This document shows, in pieces, positions 18,773-26,938 of a stretch of DNA of 64,000 nucleotides. Source of the stretch: a virus. The stretch lies in the IMG/VR virus record IMGVR_UViG_3300025466_000014; one strand, written 5' to 3'. The notes beneath the pieces are model-generated. The model searched no databases. It was given only the letters and a program-made list of their open reading frames with translations, and was not told the origin of the DNA. The position numbers and the translations under genes were made by a program. Within the stretch, counting starts at the first letter, position 1, and every line of letters starts with the position of its first letter.

Positions 18773-19204
18773 ATGAAATTTTTAATTCCTAAAACTGGCG
18801 TTCGACAATTTAGCAGCGTGGCTATTCACGTAAGCGACAAAGTTATGTCAGAGCTCTTGTCTCTGGATGACGACAGCAAAAGGCCAGCCAGCTACTTTCT
18901 GTCTGAAATAAATGCTGCTCGCTCTGAATACGACTATAGTCGTGCCTGCATTAAGATGTTTAAATCCGGTTCTAAATTGAACGTAACCCTGGGTGCTGCT
19001 AACCGCTTTACCATCTACGGTTACCACTACAACGGTGACGACATTAGGGCCGGCATGGAGCACCTGAAGATGCTCTACGCAATGCGGAGCGCCCAGGCGC
19101 ATTGCAAAAAATTCCAAGTCCTTACTCAAACATTTTTGATGGTTGAGGGCGGTGCTCAGTATCCTGAATTGAGCTTTTCAATTGGCTACAAAAACAATCT
19201 TTAG
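18773..19204 (+). CDS. Hypothetical protein
   Basis: 143-aa ORF. Confidence 0.7.
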   Translation: MKFLIPKTGVRQFSSVAIHVSDKVMSELLSLDDDSKRPASYFLSEINAARSEYDYSRACIKMFKSGSKLNVTLGAANRFTIYGYHYNGDDIRAGMEHLKMLYAMRSAQAHCKKFQVLTQTFLMVEGGAQYPELSFSIGYKNNL

Positions 19205-19217
19205 GAGACAAAGTGAA

Positions 19218-19444
19218 ATGTTAATTACTCGTAAAAGTCCCATCAGCGGCAAAATTTCGTCTAGAGTGTTGCACGTTACGCCGGAACAAATGGCGGCGTA
19301 CGAAAAAAGTGGCGCTTTAATTCAAAACGTGTTTCCAACTTAACCGCTGACGAACGCGAATTCATAAAAACCGGAATCACTGCCGAAGAGTGGACACATC
19401 TTATGTCTGGTATGGATGAAGACGAAGAATCTAACAATGAGTGA
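19218..19444 (+). pseudogene. Frameshifted conserved small phage gene (MLITRKS...FP/NLTADEREFIKTGIT.EEW)
   Basis: Frame stops at TAA 19341-19343; a -1 shift at TTT CCA ACT restores FPNLTADEREFIKTGITAEEW to TGA 19444. AGGAG RBS is intact. Confidence 0.7.
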
Positions 19445-19793
19445 ACCTAAAAAGCCGCGTAAACGCAAATCAAATCTTTCTTTTGAGAAAATTGAAGGCT
19501 TAGCAGAGCAAGCCAAAGTATCAAGTAAAGAAACTTGCCTGGGCGACGGTAGCCACACCATTATGCGTGTTTACTGGAAAGGTCGCCCATTCCTAATAGT
19601 TACGGAGCGCGGTGATAGTCCTTACGAAAGCCACTTGCCTAAGTACGTCATACAAAGTAGTCCTCAAAACTTCTTGAAGGTTCTCTGGGGAGAAGTACAT
19701 TACGTACAGGAAGTTAAGGCTGTTTGCGAGGCGGCTGCTCTTGAATTTGAAAAGTATTTAACGGAGTGGCATAACCTGCCAAAAACCAAATGA
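19437..19793 (+). CDS. Hypothetical protein
   Basis: MSEPKK... Confidence 0.7.
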   Translation: MSEPKKPRKRKSNLSFEKIEGLAEQAKVSSKETCLGDGSHTIMRVYWKGRPFLIVTERGDSPYESHLPKYVIQSSPQNFLKVLWGEVHYVQEVKAVCEAAALEFEKYLTEWHNLPKTK

Positions 19794-20227
19794 CAAAGTC
19801 AACTGTAGACCTAATGCGCCAGTGTTGCGATAAAGACAAAATTGACTCGTTTTCAAACGGCTTTTGGACAATCACCACACAAGAGCTTGAACGCTTCCGG
19901 GCCTCTATTGTCGAAGACCTGGCAGGCGCAGAAATGCCCGAGCCTGCGGCACAAGTTTTTGGCTACGCTGAGGGTCAGTACGAAGGTTGGCGCGTTCCTA
20001 AGCTTTCGTTCAGTGCAAAAAGTCTAAAAGAGATACCAAAAATTGGCACCGAATTTTACACGCGCGACCAGTACCGAACTGGCGTTGCAAGCGTTGCTGC
20101 GCGGACAACAAAAACAGTTTCTAGTGCGTATACGGATGAGATTAAAAGTTTAGAAGCCGAGATAGAAAGGCTGCGCGCCGTGGCCCAACTCAAACAAGTC
20201 GTAACCAACTTTGGAAAAATCAAATGA
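19790..20227 (+). CDS. Modular hypothetical protein (LAG.EMPEP family)
   Basis: Shares MTKS..D and LAG.EMPEP with 25486. Confidence 0.7.
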   Translation: MTKSTVDLMRQCCDKDKIDSFSNGFWTITTQELERFRASIVEDLAGAEMPEPAAQVFGYAEGQYEGWRVPKLSFSAKSLKEIPKIGTEFYTRDQYRTGVASVAARTTKTVSSAYTDEIKSLEAEIERLRAVAQLKQVVTNFGKIK

Positions 20228-20442
20228 TAAATAAAAAAGTAGCGTCGGTATTTACTTTGCGAGAAGTTTGTAAATGGTCTGCTGATATGGAAACTGAATT
20301 TCGATACGTTGACGTGGAAACCGTCTACGTTTCCTACAACGGTTCCACAAAAACTCTCAATCAAACTTTGGAGCTACCTACTCAGGTAGCCAAAGACTTA
20401 GTTGCAAAAATGGAAGGAAAGAAAAATGTTAATCTCTCTTAA
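20224..20442 (+). CDS. Hypothetical protein
   Basis: ATGA overlap. Confidence 0.65.
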   Translation: MINKKVASVFTLREVCKWSADMETEFRYVDVETVYVSYNGSTKTLNQTLELPTQVAKDLVAKMEGKKNVNLS

Positions 20443-20908
20443 AGCTGAACCTGTTTACGACGCAGCCCTTTTGCTGATTACTGCTCTGCTTAACGAGGCT
20501 GAACCTACTACTGTACCTTTAGCCCAGCCCGGTTTTTATGAAATAAATCATTTTGGAAATTCCGCTTGGCCTGGCCCTAGCACTGAATGGGACAGGTATC
20601 CAGATTTTCCCGAAGTGGAAGATAAAGACGGCAATCCTGTATACAGAGGTTCATACGGTGTATGTGACAACCCAGAACAAATTCTTGAGTTTTACCCCGA
20701 ATTAAAAGACGACCCTGAGAGAAAATTTGTTGTTTCTTTTAAAGAAGTTACCAAGGCTTCCCAGCCAGCAGAGGGCGGCTGGCGGTGGCATAAATGGGGC
20801 GAATACATTGGTAAGCACCATATTCAATACGAGTACCTTTACGACGAGAAAGATATTGAATCTGTGCTGTGCTACCACATATACGAATACAAGGACAAAC
20901 AACAATGA
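20426..20908 (+). CDS. Conserved phage hypothetical protein
   Basis: YGVCDN.EQ...FVV...QPAEGGWRWHKWGEYIG...YLYDE motif. Confidence 0.8.
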   Translation: MLISLKAEPVYDAALLLITALLNEAEPTTVPLAQPGFYEINHFGNSAWPGPSTEWDRYPDFPEVEDKDGNPVYRGSYGVCDNPEQILEFYPELKDDPERKFVVSFKEVTKASQPAEGGWRWHKWGEYIGKHHIQYEYLYDEKDIESVLCYHIYEYKDKQQ

Positions 20909-21110
20909 AAATGCAATGGTACTTAACAGGCGAAAAATATCCTAAGATTATTATCCGCTGGGTCAAATTTTGAAATGCTTATCCACTTCATAAAACCTAT
21001 AGACTATCATTATTTAGAAGAAAAGTTTAGTGTTTTAACTCCGGAAGGATGGCTAACCCCTGAATGGGTTAAAAGCCTTAATCCTTATTTTCAACCTTTT
21101 AGGAAACACC

Positions 21111-21497
21111 ATGAGAATGAAATCGGAAATCAAGACATTGTGGGTGGAAGCGCTACGTAGCGGTCTCTACAAACAAGGTTACAGTCGGCTAATAACAGCC
21201 GACCCTTCTGGTCGTGAGGCTTCTCGTTTTTGTTGTTTGGGTGTTCTCTGCAATCTCCACGCAAAAGCCAATCCTAGAATTGAGTCCAATTCTTTGGATC
21301 CTCACTCCTATTTAGGCTCAGTAGCTACACTTCCTTGGGAAGTTTACGTATGGTCAGGTTTGGATTCAAACAATCCGATTGTTAAGGCCCCTCCTGAGGA
21401 TAAAGACAGCGGGTGCTTAAAAACTCTTGCAGAAATTAACGACTCTGGCAAGTTTGATTTTATCAAGATAGCCTCTATTATCGAAGAGCAACTTTAA
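21111..21497 (+). CDS. Conserved phage hypothetical protein
   Basis: WVEALRSG.YKQG..RL...FCCLGVLC...ND...F..IA..IE motif. Confidence 0.8.
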   Translation: MRMKSEIKTLWVEALRSGLYKQGYSRLITADPSGREASRFCCLGVLCNLHAKANPRIESNSLDPHSYLGSVATLPWEVYVWSGLDSNNPIVKAPPEDKDSGCLKTLAEINDSGKFDFIKIASIIEEQL

Positions 21498-21503
21498 GGG
21501 AAT

Positions 21504-21761
21504 ATGCAAATGGCAACCAAATCAGAATGGCGACACAAAGAAATCAGCTCAGTAGCTGTAGGCGACAAGACTATTATTTGGAAGACACAAAAGTCTATAG
21601 CACCTGACGGTAAAAAGTTTTTAGGTTTGCGCAAGTTTTTTACTAAAAAAGACGGCAGTGAGCAGGTTACAAACGCCGGACTGTCTCTGCAGGTTACGGC
21701 CGACGACGCACACAAAGAAGAATTAAAGGCCATTATTAAACTTTTGCAAGGGTTACTATGA
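21504..21761 (+). CDS. PC4/YdbC-like ssDNA-binding protein
   Basis: FLGLRKFFTKKDGSEQVTNAGLSL matches the PC4 pattern RkfY.dkdGe..PtkkGisL. Confidence 0.65.
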   Translation: MQMATKSEWRHKEISSVAVGDKTIIWKTQKSIAPDGKKFLGLRKFFTKKDGSEQVTNAGLSLQVTADDAHKEELKAIIKLLQGLL

Positions 21762-21852
21762 ACATACAAGATATCTTAAATCACCCAGTGGTAACCTACA
21801 TACTAGGTTATCTAACAGCCTTAATTATTTTTTATCAATCAGGATGTGGTGT

Positions 21853-22488
21853 ATGAAAAAGCTTTTTACTCTAATGCTTATTTCTTTGTCGACTACCGTT
21901 TTTGCTGCTGAGCCTCTTGTTGAAGCCTACAAGGCTCTCTACAAAGAAGCCCCAGAACTAAAATCTATAAAAGAAACTGAACTGGCCTTTAAACCTTTAG
22001 TAAACATTGAAGGCAAGACAAAAGACAGTATCGCAAACAACATAGACTGTAACCTAGGCATAAAGGCTTATGAAGGTGACCCTTTGCAGCCTTACATTAT
22101 TTGTAATTTTGCAAAACCACTTTTCATAGAAGACAAAACGGCGCAAGTTTACGTTTACGTTATTCCTGCTGACCCAAATCTTTTGACGTTAAAAAATCTG
22201 CCTAAGGCGGAGGGCGCGTTTCAAAAACGTCTCGGTAAAGTACGTATCGTAGGTGCAAATTTTCTCTTTGGCCCATTAGGCTTAAATGAGGCTACTGCTC
22301 TAAAATCGCAATTTGCAGACGTATTTAAGACAAAATGCAAAACCTGTTTTAAGATTTTCTCAGAAAAACGCGGTGATAACTACTATGTAACGTACAGTAA
22401 ATTCCCCTTCCCTACGCCTCTTTTAGATCGTGGCGTAAAAGCCTACAAAAAGGCTTTCTATAAATATGCGGAAGTCGACTACGACTAG
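21853..22488 (+). CDS. Putative exported protein
   Basis: Signal peptide MKKLFTLMLISLSTTVFA|AEP. Confidence 0.7.
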   Translation: MKKLFTLMLISLSTTVFAAEPLVEAYKALYKEAPELKSIKETELAFKPLVNIEGKTKDSIANNIDCNLGIKAYEGDPLQPYIICNFAKPLFIEDKTAQVYVYVIPADPNLLTLKNLPKAEGAFQKRLGKVRIVGANFLFGPLGLNEATALKSQFADVFKTKCKTCFKIFSEKRGDNYYVTYSKFPFPTPLLDRGVKAYKKAFYKYAEVDYD

Positions 22489-22491
22489 TTA

Positions 22492-22866
22492 ATGACAAGG
22501 ATAAATCTTGTTCCTGTAAAAACGCTACACAGCAAACACTTGCTTGCGGAATACCGAGAACTACCGCGTGTATTTGGTCTTGTTGAGGCTGCGCAAAAAC
22601 GTGGTTTATGTCCGGCTACTGCCAACATACCTCCGCGTTACGTACTTGGGTCAGGGCATGTAACGTTTTTCTATGACAAACTAACCTGGCTCCAATTTAG
22701 GTTTATGCGGCTTGTTGACGAATGTCAAAATAGACAGTTTAGAATTCAACACCTCAGTCCACCTAATCCTCCATTAGCAGAACATTGGTACAACGACTGG
22801 TCTCCTTGTCTAGAAGACATAGTTTTAAATGCCAAGCGCATAAGAGAAAGAATGCCTAAATCATGA
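22492..22866 (+). CDS. denV: Pyrimidine-dimer DNA glycosylase / endonuclease V
   Basis: MTRINLV...L..KHLLAEYRELPRVF...Y.LG.GHV.FFYDKL. Confidence 0.95.
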   Translation: MTRINLVPVKTLHSKHLLAEYRELPRVFGLVEAAQKRGLCPATANIPPRYVLGSGHVTFFYDKLTWLQFRFMRLVDECQNRQFRIQHLSPPNPPLAEHWYNDWSPCLEDIVLNAKRIRERMPKS

Positions 22867-23105
22867 GCCTAACTTGTACCTTTGAAGAGTTTAAACGTAT
22901 GGCTAAAGAGTTTAGGGAGGCTGCACCTACCTTAAATTTTGAGGAACTCCAAAACGCATTTATGTGTCTGGGTTTAGGTTATCTCAATATAAGCGAGCCT
23001 ATTTGGCAACACTCCGCAGCCATTGTTCTAAAAATGGAAACACAAACTTTTTTGCGACGTGAATTTGAATTGAAGCAAATGTATGACGCATATACTAGTA
23101 CCTAG
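22863..23105 (+). CDS. Hypothetical protein
   Basis: Overlap-coupled ORF. Confidence 0.6.
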   Translation: MSLTCTFEEFKRMAKEFREAAPTLNFEELQNAFMCLGLGYLNISEPIWQHSAAIVLKMETQTFLRREFELKQMYDAYTST

Positions 23106-23289
23106 AAAAGTCCTGCAGGATGCGGTTGCTGCCTTAAAATGGAATAGTAGCCATGAAGTTAGTTTGCTTGGTCAGCTACAGGCTTTGTTGAACGCGCCTA
23201 TTGAGCCTTTAATGGAAGTAACAGCAAAAAAAGCATTTGCTGGCGAAATAGCAATAGAGATAAATTCTCATGTTAAGGATTCAAAATGA
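23083..23289 (+). CDS. Hypothetical protein
   Basis: Overlap-coupled ORF. Confidence 0.6.
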   Translation: MTHILVPRKVLQDAVAALKWNSSHEVSLLGQLQALLNAPIEPLMEVTAKKAFAGEIAIEINSHVKDSK

Positions 23290-23474
23290 AAATTATCAAA
23301 GAAGGAAAACGTCCAGAAGAAATAGTTTATCGGGCAACCTGTGGGCATTGCAAGACGGTGTTTGAATTTGAAGCAAAAGAAGCAAGGTATATAAATGACC
23401 AGCGCGATGGCAATCTTTTAAAGATTAGTTGCCCGCTTTGTCGGCATGATGTTTACAGCAATGTAAAGGTTTAA
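23286..23474 (+). CDS. Small Zn-ribbon protein
   Basis: MKIIKEG...CGHC...CPLC. Confidence 0.75.
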   Translation: MKIIKEGKRPEEIVYRATCGHCKTVFEFEAKEARYINDQRDGNLLKISCPLCRHDVYSNVKV

Positions 23475-23477
23475 ATT

Positions 23478-23681
23478 ATGTCTATAACTAAAGATAAAAT
23501 GAAATGGCAACCACCTGAGCCATTGATTACGACAGCAGGAATGCGGTTTTACGCCCATCACCAGCTACTCGCAGTACGCCGTGAGGCTATTGAGGAGTGC
23601 CTAGATATTGTTTTTGAAAAGAGGGATAGTCACTATGACGTTGCACTACGTGCTATCTGCAAATTATTGGAGACAGCATGA
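23478..23681 (+). CDS. Hypothetical protein
   Basis: Packed ORF. Confidence 0.6.
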   Translation: MSITKDKMKWQPPEPLITTAGMRFYAHHQLLAVRREAIEECLDIVFEKRDSHYDVALRAICKLLETA

Positions 23682-23851
23682 CATCTACAAACGAATTGCG
23701 CTTTGTTGAGCGTAAAAAACCCGAAGCAAAAGGGGTGTACCGAACTATTCACGTTTTACAGCAGAAATGGGAGCCACTCAGAAAAGACTATTCCGATTGG
23801 GAACTTGATTGCGAATGGCGAGATGTGCCAATAGTAAAGGAAACGGCATGA
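23678..23851 (+). CDS. Small protein, paralog family B (not in the ORF track)
   Basis: Own translation MTSTNELRFVER...VLQQKW...EWRDVPIVKETA*; GGAG RBS; ATGA overlaps at both ends. Confidence 0.75.
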   Translation: MTSTNELRFVERKKPEAKGVYRTIHVLQQKWEPLRKDYSDWELDCEWRDVPIVKETA

Positions 23852-24609
23852 CTATCACTAAAGAGCAACTAACCGAGTGGTACCACACCGCTAACAAAAT
23901 CCCACAAGGCAAAGCACCTCCAATTACTACAGAAAAGATTTTTGCTGCGATGCTATACGCCTACAAAGCTGGCAAGAGCGCAGTGAGTGAGCCACCAATA
24001 AAGTTTAAGCACGGTTGTAAGTGGTGTGGGCAGTTGAGCGGTTGCGAACACGTAAAGCCCACCCCCGCAGCGAGTGTGCCTGCAAAAAAGATGGTGACGC
24101 CTTACATAACGCAAGAACACTTTGACCGTGCGTTTCCAGTGAGTGAGCCTGTGGCGTGGATGAGTAAGACGGGACATGGGGTTTATTTCCGAGAATCCAT
24201 CACACCGGAATTGGCAGCACTGGAGCATGGCGGCAACAAGATGTGGACGCCTCTTTACACCACCCCACCCGCAGAAGCAAAGGCGCTGAGTAACGAAGAA
24301 GAGCGCAAGGAATTTGAACTTTGGATAGAAGAACGAACAAAGATTCCAGAGATTCTTGAGCGAGTTTTGTTAAAAGATAACGGCAACCCAAAGATGTACA
24401 TCCTTCAGACTACGTACGCTGCATTTGAAGCATGGAAAGGTCGGGCAAAACGCACCCCACCCGCAGAAGCAAAGCGGGAGCCGCTGACTGATGAACAGAT
24501 ATTTGACGCATTAAAGCGCGTTGACCACGTAACACAGCGGTTGCCAATCGGACTTAAGCTGTTTGCCCGAGCCATTGAAGCCGCCCACAACATAGGAGCG
24601 AAAGAATGA
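23848..24609 (+). CDS. Modular hypothetical protein (EPVAW...PLYT.PP; ends ARAIEAAHNIGAKE)
   Basis: Typical proteobacterial-phage modular ORF; internal 22-bp direct repeat. Confidence 0.75.
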   Translation: MTITKEQLTEWYHTANKIPQGKAPPITTEKIFAAMLYAYKAGKSAVSEPPIKFKHGCKWCGQLSGCEHVKPTPAASVPAKKMVTPYITQEHFDRAFPVSEPVAWMSKTGHGVYFRESITPELAALEHGGNKMWTPLYTTPPAEAKALSNEEERKEFELWIEERTKIPEILERVLLKDNGNPKMYILQTTYAAFEAWKGRAKRTPPAEAKREPLTDEQIFDALKRVDHVTQRLPIGLKLFARAIEAAHNIGAKE

Positions 24610-25051
24610 CTTACACGATTGAACAAATACTTGTGGAAGCACTTGCCAACTCTCGCTGGGGCTATCTTTTCATAGGTGCGAAAGAACAATGACCAAGATA
24701 CTTATTTCCCCGGGATATGGAGCAGGTTGGTCAACATGGGCAAGCAATGAATTTAAAGAATTCATGCTTAAAGACCCAACACTTATTGCAATGGCAGAGC
24801 GTAAAGCGTCAGAGCAAGAAGTAAAAGACTACATTGATAAAACACACCCAGACGCTTACGTTTACACCGGAGGCTGGCGTGACATTGAAGTGGTAGAACT
24901 TGCCGATGGAACTCTGTTTAGAGTGCGGGAATACGTCGGGTACGAGTCTATCGAAACAAAAGAAGATACTGTATGGAGTGTGGCATGACCAAATCAATCA
25001 CAGACATTGCAAGTGAATGCGGCATCAACATAGGAGCGAAAGAACAATGAC
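24591..25051 (+). repeat. Three copies of the gene-junction sequence CATAGGWGCGAAAGAA(CA)ATGAC
   Basis: At 24591, 24671 and 25029; each contains a stop, an RBS and the next ATG. Confidence 0.85.
24689..24988 (+). CDS. Conserved phage hypothetical protein
   Basis: ISPGYGAGWSTW...FRVREY.G.ESI motif. Confidence 0.8.
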   Translation: MTKILISPGYGAGWSTWASNEFKEFMLKDPTLIAMAERKASEQEVKDYIDKTHPDAYVYTGGWRDIEVVELADGTLFRVREYVGYESIETKEDTVWSVA

Positions 25052-25220
25052 ATTCACATTGACTTACGCATGGTGGTGGGTTCCAACTGCCCTCACATTG
25101 CTTTTATTGGTTTGGGCACTTATACCAACTGACCGCGACCCAATTCGCTGCCTTGGAGAAATGATTGTTGCACTTGCCACTTGTTTAGTATCTTGGATTA
25201 TTGCGGGGTTTATGAAATGA
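25047..25220 (+). CDS. Small membrane protein
   Basis: WW.PT..T...two hydrophobic segments. Confidence 0.65.
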   Translation: MTFTLTYAWWWVPTALTLLLLVWALIPTDRDPIRCLGEMIVALATCLVSWIIAGFMK

Positions 25221-25489
25221 ACATCACAGACATTGACCTCGGTGAAGGCCACAGCTACGAACCAACGGAATACAAAGGTGAATTCTGTGGAATTCTTTGG
25301 AAACATCCAGCGTGTCCTGACTATGAACACATTCCGTTTACAGGAGGGGCGTGGGCAAATGAATTTAAGAACGGCATTACTACATGGGAGTGCGAAAGCA
25401 AAAACCCATTGACACTATCGCCTAGCTTGTTGTGCCGTGCCTGCAATACGCATGGATTTATTCGCAATGGAAAGTGGGTACAAGCATGA
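25217..25489 (+). CDS. DUF6527-like metal-binding protein
   Basis: W.....PLTLSPSLLC..C..HGFIRNGKW. Confidence 0.65.
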   Translation: MNITDIDLGEGHSYEPTEYKGEFCGILWKHPACPDYEHIPFTGGAWANEFKNGITTWECESKNPLTLSPSLLCRACNTHGFIRNGKWVQA

Positions 25490-26226
25490 CCAAATCAATT
25501 ATTGATATTGCGCGTGAAATCGTGCAAATCGCTCATGGATGGAACTCTGCCACTTTTGGCTGGCAAGATGGCCCACTGGATGATGGCCAAGCTAATTATG
25601 AAAAAGCCAAGGCTGCGCATGATGCGGAATTTGAACGCCGCATTGTTGTTGTGCTTGAACGTCTCAAAGCCGCGCACCTTGAAGAACTTGCGGGTGTGGA
25701 GATGCCAGAGCCAGTATTGTGGCAAGTCAGATTTTTTGAGTCTCACCCAAACACCGTCAACTTTGGAACTTGGTCTGAATGGGAATTGATTACCCCAAGA
25801 AACATTCACACCGACACAGTGGCAGACAGGATACGTAAGATTCAATCCTACATTGAGCAGGGTTACAAATATGAATTGCGCTCACTCATCATTCTCGACC
25901 AATGCAAGCAAGCAATAGCAAGTGCAGTTGCGCAGAAACAATCAGAGTATGACGATTACGAAAATCTGGCGCTTGGGCTTACTGCTAATCTTCAAAGGCA
26001 AATAGACGCACTCACAGCAGACCTTGAAAAGGTACGTTTGGGCTGGGAGCAAGAACGCAACGTTTCGGACGCACTCACAGCCGAGCGCAATGCGTTGCAG
26101 AAGAAGGTGGAAATGCTGAGAGAGGCATTGCTAACCTGCCATTGTGATGATAACGCAGTTGATGCTGATGGAGGGCAATCGTTTGATGAGGATGTGGTGA
26201 CATTGGCACTGGAGGCAACAAAATGA
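25486..26226 (+). CDS. Modular hypothetical protein (LAG.EMPEP family) with coiled coil
   Basis: MTKSIIDIA...EELAGVEMPEP. Confidence 0.75.
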   Translation: MTKSIIDIAREIVQIAHGWNSATFGWQDGPLDDGQANYEKAKAAHDAEFERRIVVVLERLKAAHLEELAGVEMPEPVLWQVRFFESHPNTVNFGTWSEWELITPRNIHTDTVADRIRKIQSYIEQGYKYELRSLIILDQCKQAIASAVAQKQSEYDDYENLALGLTANLQRQIDALTADLEKVRLGWEQERNVSDALTAERNALQKKVEMLREALLTCHCDDNAVDADGGQSFDEDVVTLALEATK

Positions 26227-26645
26227 GTATCCCTATCCCTGAAGAGCAGGTAGAGCATTGGAAAAAAGAGGCTCAGCAAAAGGCAGAAGTTTATTGTGCG
26301 ACGGTTGGTGACCTTGGTATGAACCCACCTAACTTTTACAAGGAGTACGGCAAAAATCTCGCTATCATAGCTTACACGGCTGGATTAAACCCAGAATACA
26401 TATGGATGCCAATCGATACTGCACCAAAAGATAACAAGCTTCCTTTGATAATTGCACATTTCAATCACAAAGGTGAGATGACCTCTATGGATTGGAATGC
26501 TTCTTATGAGCAAGAACAGGAAAGTTGGGAAGTGCCACAGCTTTATTGGACTTGGTGTTCTGCAAACGGTAGTGTAGACGAGCCAACACACTGGATGTAC
26601 CAACCCGATTGGTTTGCCAAAATATCCGTCCCTAAAAAGAAATAG
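26223..26645 (+). CDS. DUF551-like protein
   Basis: WMPIDTAPKD...PTHWM. Confidence 0.7.
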   Translation: MSIPIPEEQVEHWKKEAQQKAEVYCATVGDLGMNPPNFYKEYGKNLAIIAYTAGLNPEYIWMPIDTAPKDNKLPLIIAHFNHKGEMTSMDWNASYEQEQESWEVPQLYWTWCSANGSVDEPTHWMYQPDWFAKISVPKKK

Positions 26646-26647
26646 CA

Positions 26648-26938
26648 ATGATAAATAATGAATTGCTAGAATCTTTAAAAGACTTATATCCTTTGGTTCA
26701 GGTCACGCCCTCCGTATTGCCGCAACTTCAAAAAGCCGAAGCCAGCATCTTCAGAGCAGAGGTTGCATTAAATAAAAGTTCTATAGAACGTGCAGCCGCG
26801 CGTATAAGGTTATATCAGGAAAAAATTGACATGCTAGACGCCAAAGTTGCAAGGCTGCAAACGGCTTTAACAGACGTACGTGACCGTGCTGTATTGGACA
26901 GCGTGATGTTAAAAGTAATTAACGAGGCATTAAAATGA
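26648..26938 (+). CDS. Hypothetical coiled-coil protein
   Basis: Packed ORF. Confidence 0.65.
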   Translation: MINNELLESLKDLYPLVQVTPSVLPQLQKAEASIFRAEVALNKSSIERAAARIRLYQEKIDMLDAKVARLQTALTDVRDRAVLDSVMLKVINEALK

